64,000 bases of DNA from Candidatus Collierbacteria bacterium UBA2277 (lineage in GTDB: Bacteria; Patescibacteriota; Microgenomatia; UBA1400; MFAQ01), in the NCBI GenBank assembly GCA_002347045.1, contig DDWV01000002.1:8551-72550 (forward strand). Direction: 5' to 3'. Position 1 is the stretch's first letter. Every line of letters begins with the position of its first letter. Shown here piece by piece: positions 38,318-49,201 of the stretch. The translations under genes and the position numbers were made by a program. The notes under the pieces are model-generated. The model was not told the origin of the DNA. It made no database searches and saw only the letters and a list, made by a program, of their open reading frames with translations.

Positions 38318-39184
38318 ATGGTAAAGCAAAGCTCACCTTTTTTTTCGATCATCATCCCTGCACTAAATGAAGAGAAATCCCTACCTCTTCTTTTAAAAGA
38401 TCTCTCAAATCAGACACTACAAGACTTTGAGGTTATTTTGGTCGATGGCCAATCCAAAGACAAAACAGTCGAAAAGGCCAAAAAATTCCAAAAGCTACTT
38501 CCTTCTCTCACTATTCTCTCTAGTAAGATAAAAAATGTATCTGTTCAAAGAAACATGGGGGCTGAAGAAGCAAAAGGAATTTGTCTTCTATTTAACGATG
38601 CCGACAACAGGCTACCAAAACACTTTCTTGAAGGTGTCAAGTACCAACAAGGTGTAAGGCCAACAGACATGTTTACCACCTGGTGTTTACCAGACTCCAA
38701 CAAGCGCTCAGACAAAGCCATCGCTACTTATCTCAACCTTTTGACAGAAACAGGCTTTCTCCTTGGTACCCCTGGAGCCCTTGGAGCCATGATAGGTTGT
38801 CTCCGCAAACATTTTGGCAAGATTGGTGGCTTCAATCCGGAGGTTGGATTTGCAGAAGACACAGATTTCATCAGACAAGGATACCGAAAGGGTTACTCCT
38901 ACTCCATTATTCACGAACCACGCTATGTCTACTCACTCAGACGTTTCCGAAAAGTGGGGACATTAAAACTACTTCAAAAATACGCTGTTCTAAACCTAAA
39001 ATACATTACCAACCAAAAAGTCGACCAAAAAAAAGAGTACCCCATGGGTGGAGAGTACTTAAAAGCCAACAAAACTCAACCAGAATTTTTTGAAAAACTT
39101 CAGTCTATCTTTATCAAAAAAGGACCAAAAAAGAAAATAGCAGACAGGATTAGAGCGCTCTTAAGTCTCGAGGAAAGTAACTGA
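38318..39184 (+). CDS. glycosyltransferase family 2
   Basis: FFSIIIPALNEE ... DGQSKD. 288 aa. Confidence 0.75.
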   Translation: MVKQSSPFFSIIIPALNEEKSLPLLLKDLSNQTLQDFEVILVDGQSKDKTVEKAKKFQKLLPSLTILSSKIKNVSVQRNMGAEEAKGICLLFNDADNRLPKHFLEGVKYQQGVRPTDMFTTWCLPDSNKRSDKAIATYLNLLTETGFLLGTPGALGAMIGCLRKHFGKIGGFNPEVGFAEDTDFIRQGYRKGYSYSIIHEPRYVYSLRRFRKVGTLKLLQKYAVLNLKYITNQKVDQKKEYPMGGEYLKANKTQPEFFEKLQSIFIKKGPKKKIADRIRALLSLEESN

Positions 39185-39196
39185 GTAAACCATTAG

Positions 39197-40126
39197 TTAA
39201 GCAAACAGAAACTGTAGTCCGATAAACATCAGATAGACTCCAATCATCACAACGCCCTCCCAGCGCTCCAATTTTCTCTTTGATTTTGTAAACAGCCAAA
39301 ACAATCCTAATATTACTACCAAAAACACCCCTGAGATACCTCTTTGTATCGACTCGTATAGAATCATTGGTTGAAATATAGCAACTATCCCCAAAACCAA
39401 AGTCGAGTTCATCACAACACTCCCCAATAAACTTGGTAGCAGCAAAGTAACTCGTCTCTTCTTTTGAAACGCTAACAAAAGCTCAGGCAAAGTAGTACCA
39501 AAAGCAACCAGAATTAATCCCATCCAAAACCAGCTAACTCCCCAGAAAGCCGCTACTCGAATTGTTAATTGAACCAAAAGCCAGGCACTCGAGGCCATAA
39601 TCAAAAGACCCAAAAGTAAAATAGCGCCCCAGAGCCACTGCTCCCCCTTAACCAACCTTTGCTTTTTCTGGTTCATAATCACCTTCTCGTCAGACACAAA
39701 CACCGCATATACAAAATAAACAACCAAAAGCAAAAGGCCCTCATTTGCAGAAATAACTCCATCAGTAAGCATAAAGAAAGGTAGTAAAACTAAACCTACC
39801 ACTATCCATAGATCTCGAGCTAAGTACTCTCCGACTACCGGAATTGACCTATTTACAAAAGCAGCCCCCCCAACAACCAAGCTCAAGTTAGCCATATTAG
39901 CACCAATCACCACTCCCAACGCCATCTGAGATTTTCCGTCCAGTGCTGCCGCAAGTCCAACAAACAGTTCAGGTAAAGCTAAAGAAATTCCAAGCAGCAA
40001 TGAAGACAGGGTTTGTTTTTTTACAGGTAAACGAAAGGCCAACTTTTCTACCACATCCACAATCACACCAGAAGCAAAAACCATAACCAGTAACAAACTA
40101 AATCCAGCAATTATGTTCCAAACCAT
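39197..40126 (-). CDS. Ca2+/cation antiporter (CaCA, YrbG-like)
   Basis: Two alpha-repeats GISLALPEL and GTTLPEL. 309 aa. Confidence 0.7.
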   Translation of the reverse strand: MVWNIIAGFSLLLVMVFASGVIVDVVEKLAFRLPVKKQTLSSLLLGISLALPELFVGLAAALDGKSQMALGVVIGANMANLSLVVGGAAFVNRSIPVVGEYLARDLWIVVGLVLLPFFMLTDGVISANEGLLLLVVYFVYAVFVSDEKVIMNQKKQRLVKGEQWLWGAILLLGLLIMASSAWLLVQLTIRVAAFWGVSWFWMGLILVAFGTTLPELLLAFQKKRRVTLLLPSLLGSVVMNSTLVLGIVAIFQPMILYESIQRGISGVFLVVILGLFWLFTKSKRKLERWEGVVMIGVYLMFIGLQFLFA

Positions 40127-40234
40127 AATTCATTTTAACATCCAAAAAACATATGTTACACTTTCAAACTCAATCCAATTATCTCGTTTCAGGATATACA
40201 ATAAATAGTCTACCAATTATATATAATTCATAAT

Positions 40235-40879
40235 ATGCACGAAATTCTTCAAATGATTCTCGATATGGTCAAAACCCATGGGTCCTTAGCAATGTTTATA
40301 GGAGGTATAGTCGAACAGATTATTGTTCCCATACCCTCACCAATTATTACCATGTCTGGAGGAGCTTTTTTAATTAATAATGGCACACCCCTACTTCAAG
40401 CTCTTTGGGGAATTATTGCAGAAGTTTCTCTTCCTTACTCGATCGGCGCGATTATTGGCACCAGTCTTATCTTTTTCATCGCCTATTTTGGAGGACAACC
40501 ACTTATCGACAAATTTGGTAAATACATCGGTATTAAATGGTCACTGATAGAAAAAATTAAAATTGATTTCCAAAAAACAATTAGAGATGAACTCTTTATC
40601 CTTATCTCCGTCTCTATCCCTGTCGTTCCCGTTTCATTAATCTCTGCTTTTTGTGGCGGTTTCCGTATCACCCCAGCCAAATTTTACCCCATTATGTTTG
40701 TTGCTTTAATAATTAGATCAATCATTTTAGGAATTATTGGCTGGCAAATGGGAGAAGCTTTCACCGGACTAGCAAATGGTCTAGGAAAAATTGAAAGCAT
40801 ACTTACTATCGTTGGAGCTTTCTTAATTCTAGGTTTTCTCTTCATCAAAAGAGAAAAGTGGCTCAAAAAAAATAGTTAG
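40235..40879 (+). CDS. DedA/TVP38-family membrane protein
   Basis: VPIPSP motif and DedA-like topology. 214 aa. Confidence 0.65.
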   Translation: MHEILQMILDMVKTHGSLAMFIGGIVEQIIVPIPSPIITMSGGAFLINNGTPLLQALWGIIAEVSLPYSIGAIIGTSLIFFIAYFGGQPLIDKFGKYIGIKWSLIEKIKIDFQKTIRDELFILISVSIPVVPVSLISAFCGGFRITPAKFYPIMFVALIIRSIILGIIGWQMGEAFTGLANGLGKIESILTIVGAFLILGFLFIKREKWLKKNS

Positions 40880-40882
40880 TTT

Positions 40883-42610
40883 TTAGGGATTTGAAATTCT
40901 TGCAATTTCTTTTACTTCTCTCCAGGTTGTTGATTGGTCCGCTGCTTTGTCTTGTCTAAATCTTACTAACCTAGGAAAACGCAAGGCCACACCAGCCGCA
41001 TGGATAGTACTCTTAGTAATTTCATCAGCCGCCACTTCCACCACAAACTTAGGCTCAACCCACACGTCTGCAATCAAAGACCCTTCAACCAAGTAATTAT
41101 CTGGTTTCTCCGATAGTTCTATAGTATCCAAACTTTTCCTCAAACTTCGAAACTCGTCATCGGTTAAACCTGTTCCAATCTTAGCCAGAGACACCCATAA
41201 ATCACTCTTTTTTATTCCTACTAAAAATGCCCCTATTCCAAAACCAGCCCTCTTTCCTCTCCCGTAGTAATACCCCAAAACAACCAAGTCTAAAGTATCA
41301 GACAACTTACCACTTACTCCTTCAATCTCCTTAATCTTTACCCAGTTCCAACCCTGTCTTCCAGGAAGATAACCGCCGTCCCATACCTTCATCACTGCAC
41401 CTTCAAAACCTTCATCAAGATATTTCTGATGAAGACTCATAACCTCCTTGGCGCTATCCACTCTTTCATACTCATCAACAACTCCTACTTCGTTTGAAGA
41501 CACCGTCTCAGCTAACACCTTTCTTCGTTTAGAATATGGCATATCCAACAAACTAACATTGTCTTTACATAAAATATCAAACAAGAAAAAACGAATCGGA
41601 ACTGCCTCAGCCGTGTTCGCGATATTGTGTTTTCTTTTTCTGGTCATCGTCACTTGAAAAGGCAATACCTTACCCGTCTCTTTATCATATCCAGCCGCTT
41701 CACAGTCCAAAATCACCTGATCCGCTTTTATCCATTTCCCCATATCAAAAAGCTCAGGAAACATCCAACTATTTTCTTCTAAATTCCTCGTGAAAGTTTT
41801 TACTTCATTCGTTTGGCGATTAAAATGAATCTGTACTCGTGTTCCATCAAACTTTCTTTCTACAGCCAAGTTTTTCATCTTTTTAACAATCTCATCGTAT
41901 TCGTTCAAACGCTGGCACAAAGCTGGCACAACTGGAACGCCAACCTGCACTCTTATCTCGCTCAATCCCGCAAACCCTTTTTCTTTTACAACCTTCGCTA
42001 TATGTCCGGGGTCAGGATATATCTGAAAAACTGAGTCCAATCTTTTTCTCAAAGACTTGTCTCCATTCTCCATTTGAGACAAAGCATCAAAAATTGTTTT
42101 CGAAGAAAAACCCAGTCGCAGTCTTCCCACAACCATCCTCGCAATATATTTTCTTTCCAGAACACTCACTTCCAAAAATACTTTTGAAAGTTCATTTACT
42201 TTTCTATCTTGGCTACCCTGACCGCTATCTTTAGCAATCGTCAACAAAGACTCATATATCTCTGTCAAGCTATGTCCTACCCATTTTTCATTCATAAACA
42301 GAGTTTTTTCCAACAGCAGCCCCAAATCTCCTTTTTGTTTATAGTCTGTTGTAATCTCCTCTATCGACTTATCGGTAGCCATCGCAATGGCCCTTATAAC
42401 CATTTTTACAGCCATTCCAAACTCTATATTCGCAAAGTCTGGTCCTAACTGTCCCAGCACCAAATAAATCCCTCTATCTGTCTCCGAAACATCCATTTCC
42501 TGAATCAAATCAGACAACACATCTGTAATCTCTAATCTCGAAGAAATTTTTTCTAGTTTTTCTAAATACTCGGCGAATTTCTTGAACTGCATACTCACAT
42601 TGTAACCCAC
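40883..42610 (-). CDS. lig: ATP-dependent DNA ligase
   Basis: KFDGTRVQIH adenylation motif, OB domain. 575 aa. Confidence 0.85.
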   Translation of the reverse strand: MGYNVSMQFKKFAEYLEKLEKISSRLEITDVLSDLIQEMDVSETDRGIYLVLGQLGPDFANIEFGMAVKMVIRAIAMATDKSIEEITTDYKQKGDLGLLLEKTLFMNEKWVGHSLTEIYESLLTIAKDSGQGSQDRKVNELSKVFLEVSVLERKYIARMVVGRLRLGFSSKTIFDALSQMENGDKSLRKRLDSVFQIYPDPGHIAKVVKEKGFAGLSEIRVQVGVPVVPALCQRLNEYDEIVKKMKNLAVERKFDGTRVQIHFNRQTNEVKTFTRNLEENSWMFPELFDMGKWIKADQVILDCEAAGYDKETGKVLPFQVTMTRKRKHNIANTAEAVPIRFFLFDILCKDNVSLLDMPYSKRRKVLAETVSSNEVGVVDEYERVDSAKEVMSLHQKYLDEGFEGAVMKVWDGGYLPGRQGWNWVKIKEIEGVSGKLSDTLDLVVLGYYYGRGKRAGFGIGAFLVGIKKSDLWVSLAKIGTGLTDDEFRSLRKSLDTIELSEKPDNYLVEGSLIADVWVEPKFVVEVAADEITKSTIHAAGVALRFPRLVRFRQDKAADQSTTWREVKEIARISNP

Positions 42611-42624
42611 GCCAACCTAGATGA

Positions 42625-43725
42625 TTATCTAAACTTTTTCGACTTCCCCATCACATAAACAGCTCCTTTTGTTTTACCCTTCTTTTTCAAAAGCTTTTTC
42701 GACATTAAATCTTTAAGATCGCGCAATATTGTGTCATCAGATACCATCGGAAGCACCAAACGTATCTCTTTTATAGTCATCTCATTCTGGATAGTCATCT
42801 CTTCCATAATTTGAATCTGCCTTTCAGTCAACGAAATTGTCCTCCCCATCTCAGACTTAAACAACGGTCTATCTCCAATCAAATTCATAATTTTTACTTT
42901 AGTTTTATTTGCAGAATCAGCCATAGACTTCGTCAAAAACTCAAACCAACCAGTCATATCTCCGTTTTCGGAACTCACCATTACAAGATCAATCAAACGT
43001 TGTTTATTTTTCAAGATATCTTCTTCATAGGCCCAAAGTTCATTCATACCCAAACCTTCACACGAGGCGGCCAAACCAAAGAAAAACAAACCAGACATTA
43101 AATTGTTTTTAACAAACGGTCTTATCCTAATTATTTCAAACAACATTGCCCCAGCTTTTATCAAAGGATGCATATCACCTCTTTTAACTCCCCTAAACCA
43201 GATAAACAGGTCCTCCATCTGATAAGACAACTCCACAGAAGGAGTAACTTTTACTTCTTTCATTTCATTAGTCAATCCGCTTCGATACTCACCCAACTCT
43301 GTCGAACTTACAACTCTTTCTCCCAAGAGTGAATTCAAAGAGACCAAATCTTTTTCAGAGAAACCTTCCTGCTTAAACTTACTCGAAAGATATGCTGTCT
43401 GATTTATTAGCTTATTTGCATTTAACCAGTTCATTGCTTCCTGCATATCTATCTCTTTTGCCACAATACCAGTTCTCAAAGCCACTTCGGTTGGCTTGTC
43501 ATCTCTACCGGGGTCATCCAATACAATCTTTACAATATCCGCATTACTTAGTTGATTATCATAAAAAGACATCACCGACCAGGCTCTACGAGCCAGACAC
43601 TCCTGCTTCAAACGAGCCTCCCAATCCGGCTCAAGACTTGCCAGTTCCAGTATCTGAGCCAACCTCACAATCTCTATTAGATTTCCAAGAATTTTGTTGG
43701 TCAATATGAATCGCGGGGTAAACAC
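42625..43725 (-). CDS. Fic-family-like protein with degenerate active-site motif and C-terminal wHTH-like region
   Basis: HPLIKAGAMLFEIIRIRPFVKNNLMSG replaces the HPFxDGNGRxxR consensus. 366 aa. Confidence 0.5.
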   Translation of the reverse strand: MFTPRFILTNKILGNLIEIVRLAQILELASLEPDWEARLKQECLARRAWSVMSFYDNQLSNADIVKIVLDDPGRDDKPTEVALRTGIVAKEIDMQEAMNWLNANKLINQTAYLSSKFKQEGFSEKDLVSLNSLLGERVVSSTELGEYRSGLTNEMKEVKVTPSVELSYQMEDLFIWFRGVKRGDMHPLIKAGAMLFEIIRIRPFVKNNLMSGLFFFGLAASCEGLGMNELWAYEEDILKNKQRLIDLVMVSSENGDMTGWFEFLTKSMADSANKTKVKIMNLIGDRPLFKSEMGRTISLTERQIQIMEEMTIQNEMTIKEIRLVLPMVSDDTILRDLKDLMSKKLLKKKGKTKGAVYVMGKSKKFR

Positions 43726-43754
43726 GCTTTTATTTTCGCATCATTTGCGGAAAA

Positions 43755-44627
43755 TCACAACCCTGTTGTTGTCACTACTCGTCCATATGTGGTCGGAACC
43801 ATGTCCACAAGATCATCTGAGTTAAACATAAAACTATTTGTTTTAGTCAACTCTTCAGCAGCCTTCTTTACTAAAAAAGTAGCCGCACACGCTGCAAACA
43901 AGGGATCATCTTTTGCTAAAAATCCCAGGGTCAAACCAGCAATTACATCTCCAACCCCACCCTTCACCAAACCATCACTTCCCCCCTCTACTGTCCAAAG
44001 CTCGACACCATTACTTGCAATTGCCACTGCATCCTTAGTCAAAATAACCAATCCATGTTTCTTTGATAAATCAAAGACCTGTTCACATCTCTCATCAAAA
44101 TCATCTCTCAACTTCTCCCCAAAAAGCATCTCAAACTCTTTCTTGTTTGGAGTGACAACAGAACCCCGAGGGATATCCTTCACCGACACTACCTGAAGAG
44201 TACCTCCATCTACCACCCATTTTTTGTCTGGAAATTTTTTAAACAAATTTAGGCTTAAATTTCTAGTTACTTCACCCTCAGAGTCACAAACAAATTTTTG
44301 CTCTTTAATATGGCTTCTCATCAATCCAGGTCCAATTAATATAGCGTCAGACTTAGCAATATAACTGTCAACTTGTTCTCTTTCTACCCACACAAAACTC
44401 GACAAGCTAGACTTAATTTTCTCTGCAATACCTTTGTCCTCACTTGGACTAGAAAAATAAGTCATGCTAACCAAACGAGAAGCAGCCTTCAAAGAAAGAA
44501 TCGGGGCACCATGAAACAGACTACTTCCCCCAATTATCACCACCTGACCGGCCAAATACTTATCCCCAGAACTTACCAAGGACCTACTTTTTGCAAACTC
44601 ACTTATCAAAAACTTCTTCATTTCCAT
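43755..44627 (-). CDS. nnrD: ADP-dependent NAD(P)H-hydrate dehydratase (YjeF C-terminal family)
   Basis: GQVVIIGGS...GAP and GGVGDVIAG motifs. 290 aa. Confidence 0.75.
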   Translation of the reverse strand: MEMKKFLISEFAKSRSLVSSGDKYLAGQVVIIGGSSLFHGAPILSLKAASRLVSMTYFSSPSEDKGIAEKIKSSLSSFVWVEREQVDSYIAKSDAILIGPGLMRSHIKEQKFVCDSEGEVTRNLSLNLFKKFPDKKWVVDGGTLQVVSVKDIPRGSVVTPNKKEFEMLFGEKLRDDFDERCEQVFDLSKKHGLVILTKDAVAIASNGVELWTVEGGSDGLVKGGVGDVIAGLTLGFLAKDDPLFAACAATFLVKKAAEELTKTNSFMFNSDDLVDMVPTTYGRVVTTTGL

Positions 44628-44663
44628 GTCACTAGTATATAAGCAACATGATAAACTTTCCTT

Positions 44664-44927
44664 ATGAAATCATCCAAAGAAAAAAGGAACAAACTTTCTC
44701 AAGAAATTGCCATCCAAACTCTCACCTTAGTCTCCTCTTCTCTCGGACTCGTTGCCGCTTTAGCTTGGAACGAAGCCATCAAAGAATACATCAATGTCTA
44801 CATCAAGCCATTTCTACCCAAAGGCTCAGGAGCCCTTTCTCTTTTAATTTATGCAGTTTTAATTACCGTCATCACCGTTATTGTCGCTATGCAAATGGCA
44901 AAAATTAAAAAAAGGCTAGGCTCTTAA
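44664..44927 (+). CDS. small membrane protein (87 aa)
   Basis: Two hydrophobic helices. Lies between convergent and divergent minus-strand genes. Confidence 0.4.
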   Translation: MKSSKEKRNKLSQEIAIQTLTLVSSSLGLVAALAWNEAIKEYINVYIKPFLPKGSGALSLLIYAVLITVITVIVAMQMAKIKKRLGS

Positions 44928-45973
44928 CTAAGTTCAATTATCTTCGCTTCTAAAAACATCTCCAAATCTTCTAAATTTGCAGTCGTCACAATTACTTGTC
45001 TCCCAGTCATTACCCTTAGGACCTCTTGTCTATGTCCTTCATCAAGCTCAGAAAAAATATCGTCAAGCAACAAGGTTGCTTTTTTACTTCCCTTTTCCTC
45101 TAAATAATAAATCTCTCCCATTTTCAGCGCTAATACGGCCATTCTCTGCTCTCCTCTAGAACCATAAGTGGACAAAACTCTTGTGCCTTCTTTTACTATC
45201 AAATCGTCTTTATGCGGACCCACTAAAGTATAACCAACAGCGACCTCTGCATCAGCATACTGACTTAGTCTACTCTCACTTATTGCACTCATATCATAAA
45301 CAACTTTCAAACTTCGAAAAAGTTCACTTTTCTCAAACAGCTCATTTATATAGTCCACCAACTCTCGCCGTTTATCCTGAATCACCTGACCATGCTTAAT
45401 CAAAAGCCCATCCCAATAAGCTAATGAGTATCTGCTTGCTTTTCCTTCACGTATTGCAGTCAAAACTTTATTTCTTCTTCTCAAGGCTTGTTCATAAGTC
45501 GACAAACTGTGCTCATACAAACTATCAACTTGAATCATCAATCTGTCCAAAAACTTACGCCTCACATCAGGAGATCCACTAATCAAATCAACATCTTCAG
45601 GTCGAAAAAGAACCAAAGGAAACAAACCTAAAATATCCTTTCTATGTTTTGAGACACCATCAATCAAAAATTTCCTTTTGTTTACAGTTTTCCCCATTAC
45701 CACCCCCCCATTAACAATTATTTCCAAAGACAATTTATCTTTTTTCGACACCTCTATTTCTCCAGACACTCTTCCTAGTTCTTCACCAAAACGGACCATT
45801 TCTTCAGTTCTTTTTGCCCTAAAACTCTCACCCACTCCCAACAAATACACCGCCTCAAGAATATTAGTTTTCCCTTTTGCATTTTCACCAGCAATCACCG
45901 TGATACCATCAGAAAAACTGACAGTTTTGTTATCATAATTCCGAAAATCAACAAGGGTTATCTCTCGTACCAT
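44924..45973 (-). CDS. recF: DNA replication and repair protein RecF
   Basis: Walker A GENAKGKTNILEAV, SMC-like signature. 349 aa. Confidence 0.85.
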   Translation of the reverse strand: MVREITLVDFRNYDNKTVSFSDGITVIAGENAKGKTNILEAVYLLGVGESFRAKRTEEMVRFGEELGRVSGEIEVSKKDKLSLEIIVNGGVVMGKTVNKRKFLIDGVSKHRKDILGLFPLVLFRPEDVDLISGSPDVRRKFLDRLMIQVDSLYEHSLSTYEQALRRRNKVLTAIREGKASRYSLAYWDGLLIKHGQVIQDKRRELVDYINELFEKSELFRSLKVVYDMSAISESRLSQYADAEVAVGYTLVGPHKDDLIVKEGTRVLSTYGSRGEQRMAVLALKMGEIYYLEEKGSKKATLLLDDIFSELDEGHRQEVLRVMTGRQVIVTTANLEDLEMFLEAKIIELS

Positions 45974-45992
45974 AGTTATCCTATTCTACAGC

Positions 45993-46538
45993 TCAAACCT
46001 TATCTTGATGAAACAAACCTAAAAACCAATCAATCGGACTAAACTCCAATTTATGCACCACATACTCCTGAACAGTCTTAACTAAAATAATTACTAAAAA
46101 AGCAATTAACATCGAACTTACTTTTGTATAGGCATCAGGGAAAATCAACAACAACCAAAACAAAGGTTCAATGTAATTTGGAAAATACATAAGCAAAGTC
46201 TCATTTTTTGAAACAGAAAAAAATATCATTCCAACCAACCTCAACAACAAAAAGAAAGCAATCAAAATTTTTACTACTAGCAAATACGGACCACTCAACA
46301 CATACACCGCTATCAAAATATACCAATAAAAATCCAAATACTTATCTTGAAGTTCATACACCTTCCTCGAAACTCCAAAATAATTCACCAAAGGTTGATA
46401 ATCAATACAGTCAGTTATTAGTGCGATTACTGCCCCCAGATAAGGGTTCACAAAAACCCACAAAGGCAACACCACTCTTATGACCACGTTAACCGCAATG
46501 GCTATTTTTTGAGTACCAGATAACTCGTCATTCTTCAT
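45993..46538 (-). CDS. hypothetical membrane protein (181 aa)
   Basis: About 5 TM helices. ORF track only. Confidence 0.4.
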   Translation of the reverse strand: MKNDELSGTQKIAIAVNVVIRVVLPLWVFVNPYLGAVIALITDCIDYQPLVNYFGVSRKVYELQDKYLDFYWYILIAVYVLSGPYLLVVKILIAFFLLLRLVGMIFFSVSKNETLLMYFPNYIEPLFWLLLIFPDAYTKVSSMLIAFLVIILVKTVQEYVVHKLEFSPIDWFLGLFHQDKV

Positions 46539-47152
46539 TTGTCTTTTTCAATTACAAATAAGGTTTGTCTTCCATACATTCCATAAAATGCCACACTTGA
46601 CCACTCCTTTTTATGGATTACTTTCCAACCTTTATTTTTAAAAATCTCTTGCCAGCCACTCGTTGAACGATACTCATGTGGATAAAACTCAAAATTACCC
46701 ACACTGTCTCTTGCAGATATCATCATTTTTTCAAAAACACTTCTATAAGTATCTTCGATAATAATTACCCTTTTACTCACTCTCATCGTCTCCTCCAATA
46801 CCTTCAACTGCTTAGGGCAGTGATGCAACACACATATCAACAAACCCACGTCATACTTCTCGTCTTTACTTGGAATATTTTCGCCGTCATAAATGATAGG
46901 TTTCAATTCAGGATATAAAGAAGTTTCTGTTACATCAATTCCTTTTACATCAAAATCTTTTATTGAAATGATATGAGCCATCGAACCAGATCCAAGTCCC
47001 ACATCAAGAATCTTTTTTCCGTTTAAATATTTTTCGAACAACTTCAATCGAGACTTCGCGGTCTTTTCTAAAATTCGCCTACCAAGAACACTTCCAATAC
47101 TCCCCACAAAACTATCCCTCCTAATTATATCTGTAATCTGTTTAACTGGCAT
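46535..47152 (-). CDS. class I SAM-dependent methyltransferase
   Basis: Motif I KILDVGLGSGSMA. 205 aa. Confidence 0.65.
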   Translation of the reverse strand: MPVKQITDIIRRDSFVGSIGSVLGRRILEKTAKSRLKLFEKYLNGKKILDVGLGSGSMAHIISIKDFDVKGIDVTETSLYPELKPIIYDGENIPSKDEKYDVGLLICVLHHCPKQLKVLEETMRVSKRVIIIEDTYRSVFEKMMISARDSVGNFEFYPHEYRSTSGWQEIFKNKGWKVIHKKEWSSVAFYGMYGRQTLFVIEKDK

Positions 47153-47201
47153 GTCCTTAAATTATATATGCGTTCACCAGCTTCTACTAGGACCAAACAA
47201 C

Positions 47202-48053
47202 TCATTTCTGACACCTCGGACAATAAAAACTTCCCCGACCCCCAATCCGCATCTTACGAATCTTTCCACCACACACACTGCATTCTTGTCCATCTTTTTT
47301 ATAAACCAAAAAATGATCTTGGTATGTCCCTCCCAAACCCTTGCTATCTACATAGTTCGCTGCACTTGCACCACCATATTTTATCCCCTCACCAATTACA
47401 AACCGCACAGCACTCCACAACCTTTTCAGTTCTCCCTTCGTTAAACTGCTCGCTCTCCGATCAGGCATCACTTTAGCCAAATAAAGTGCATCGTTTGCAT
47501 AAATATTACCAACTCCACCAATTTTGTCCTGATCCATCAAAACCAACTTCACACTCTTTTTAGATTTTTCGAAAACACCTTCCAAATACTCACAAGAAAA
47601 CTCTTTATCAACTACATCAGGAACTGCTTTTCTAAGCTCTTTTTCATATTTTTCCTTTTCAACAATTTTCATCCACCCAAACCGTCTCATATCATTAAAA
47701 AACAGCTTACTACCATCCATAAACTCAATTATTACCCTAGTATGCTTACTTGGTAATTTTCCCACCCAATCTGCCGTCGGATGTCCACCAACCACTCTGT
47801 CTTCCCCATTGTCAAACACTAACTGACCGGTCATTTTCAAATGAACAATTACTACTCTTTCTTTACCCAAGAAATAGATCTCAATTATCTTTGATTTTCT
47901 AAACACCCTCTCAACTTCCCAACCCACCAAATCCTGAGCATTCCCTTCAATACTTTTTTTCGTGAAGACCTCAACTCTTCTTATCACTCTTCCAACTAAA
48001 ACACTATTTAGTTGTCTTCTAATTGTTTCTACTTCAGGTAACTCTGGCATCAA
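47202..48053 (-). CDS. mutM: formamidopyrimidine-DNA glycosylase
   Basis: N-terminal MPELPEVE, C-terminal zinc finger CSVCGG...CPRCQK. 283 aa. Confidence 0.88.
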   Translation of the reverse strand: MMPELPEVETIRRQLNSVLVGRVIRRVEVFTKKSIEGNAQDLVGWEVERVFRKSKIIEIYFLGKERVVIVHLKMTGQLVFDNGEDRVVGGHPTADWVGKLPSKHTRVIIEFMDGSKLFFNDMRRFGWMKIVEKEKYEKELRKAVPDVVDKEFSCEYLEGVFEKSKKSVKLVLMDQDKIGGVGNIYANDALYLAKVMPDRRASSLTKGELKRLWSAVRFVIGEGIKYGGASAANYVDSKGLGGTYQDHFLVYKKDGQECSVCGGKIRKMRIGGRGSFYCPRCQK

Positions 48054-48064
48054 TAAAAATTGTT

Positions 48065-49201
48065 TTATTTTTCAATTATTTTATCAAGTACTCGGGTCAC
48101 ATTTTTTACAAACTCATCCCTAGAAAATCTTTTTGCATTTTCTACAATTTTTTTTCTATCCCATTTTATTTTATTAAAACGTCTCATTGCCTTTTCAATA
48201 GTCTTCTCATCGGTTCCTTTAATCAAAATTCCTGTCTCACCATCAATCACAGACTCTCGAAAGCCACCCCCATCATACGCAATTACTGGTGTCCCAGCTG
48301 CCATTGCCTCGACCACAGTTATTCCAAAATCTTCTTCTTTAGCCAAAGCTATAAACCCTCTTGCTTTAGCATATATTTTTCTCAAACTTTCATCATCCAC
48401 CCTCCCTAGAAGTTCCACCCCTTTTATTCTTTTCAAACTCTTTTCAATCCGAGAAAATCCAACCGCTTCACCCACAATTTTAAGAGAAAAACCTTGTCTT
48501 TGTGCCGCTTTTGCAGCCTCCTCCAAACCCTTAGCACCCACAATTCTTGACACAATTAAAAAATAGTCCTCTTTTTCTGTTTCTTTGCTTACTTTTATCA
48601 ACTCATCTACCTGTACAGGTGGATATACAACCACAGACTCTCTTCTGTAGTACTTCATTACTCTCGACTGAACGTTTTTCGAGTTAACCATCCAAATATC
48701 TACCATCTGAGAAGACCAAGAGTCAAAAATTCTTAAAAAATGATTTACTACAACAGCATATACTCGCACTATCCAATACTTCATCAGATTTATACTTGTT
48801 TCATAGCCATACAAAAACCTCGGAGGTGTATGACAATAGGCCACAACACTAGTTTTTGGACCAACTTTAAATCCCCTTGCAAAGTAAGAGGAACAAGAAG
48901 TGATTACCAGATCATACGAAGACAAATCAATAGAGCCCCAAATTAGTGGAGCCAAAAATCTCAATGGACTGTGAAAATTTGCTTGTTTTATCAACCAACC
49001 CCACTTACTTTCAATTATTTTTCTATCTTCAAACTCAAGATCACAGCTCGAACCCCTTACCCTAAAAGCAGTGTATATTGGAGCCGTGGGGTACATATCT
49101 GCCAATACACGCAGTACTCTCTCAGCACCCCCAAACTCTTTTATATAATCGTGTACTAGTGCAATTTTCATAAAAAGATCTCTTCCGTTTCTTTTTCCCA
49201 A
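48065..49201 (-). CDS. glycosyltransferase family 4
   Basis: EDFGITVVEAMAAGTPVIA. 378 aa. Confidence 0.75.
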   Translation of the reverse strand: MGKRNGRDLFMKIALVHDYIKEFGGAERVLRVLADMYPTAPIYTAFRVRGSSCDLEFEDRKIIESKWGWLIKQANFHSPLRFLAPLIWGSIDLSSYDLVITSCSSYFARGFKVGPKTSVVAYCHTPPRFLYGYETSINLMKYWIVRVYAVVVNHFLRIFDSWSSQMVDIWMVNSKNVQSRVMKYYRRESVVVYPPVQVDELIKVSKETEKEDYFLIVSRIVGAKGLEEAAKAAQRQGFSLKIVGEAVGFSRIEKSLKRIKGVELLGRVDDESLRKIYAKARGFIALAKEEDFGITVVEAMAAGTPVIAYDGGGFRESVIDGETGILIKGTDEKTIEKAMRRFNKIKWDRKKIVENAKRFSRDEFVKNVTRVLDKIIEK

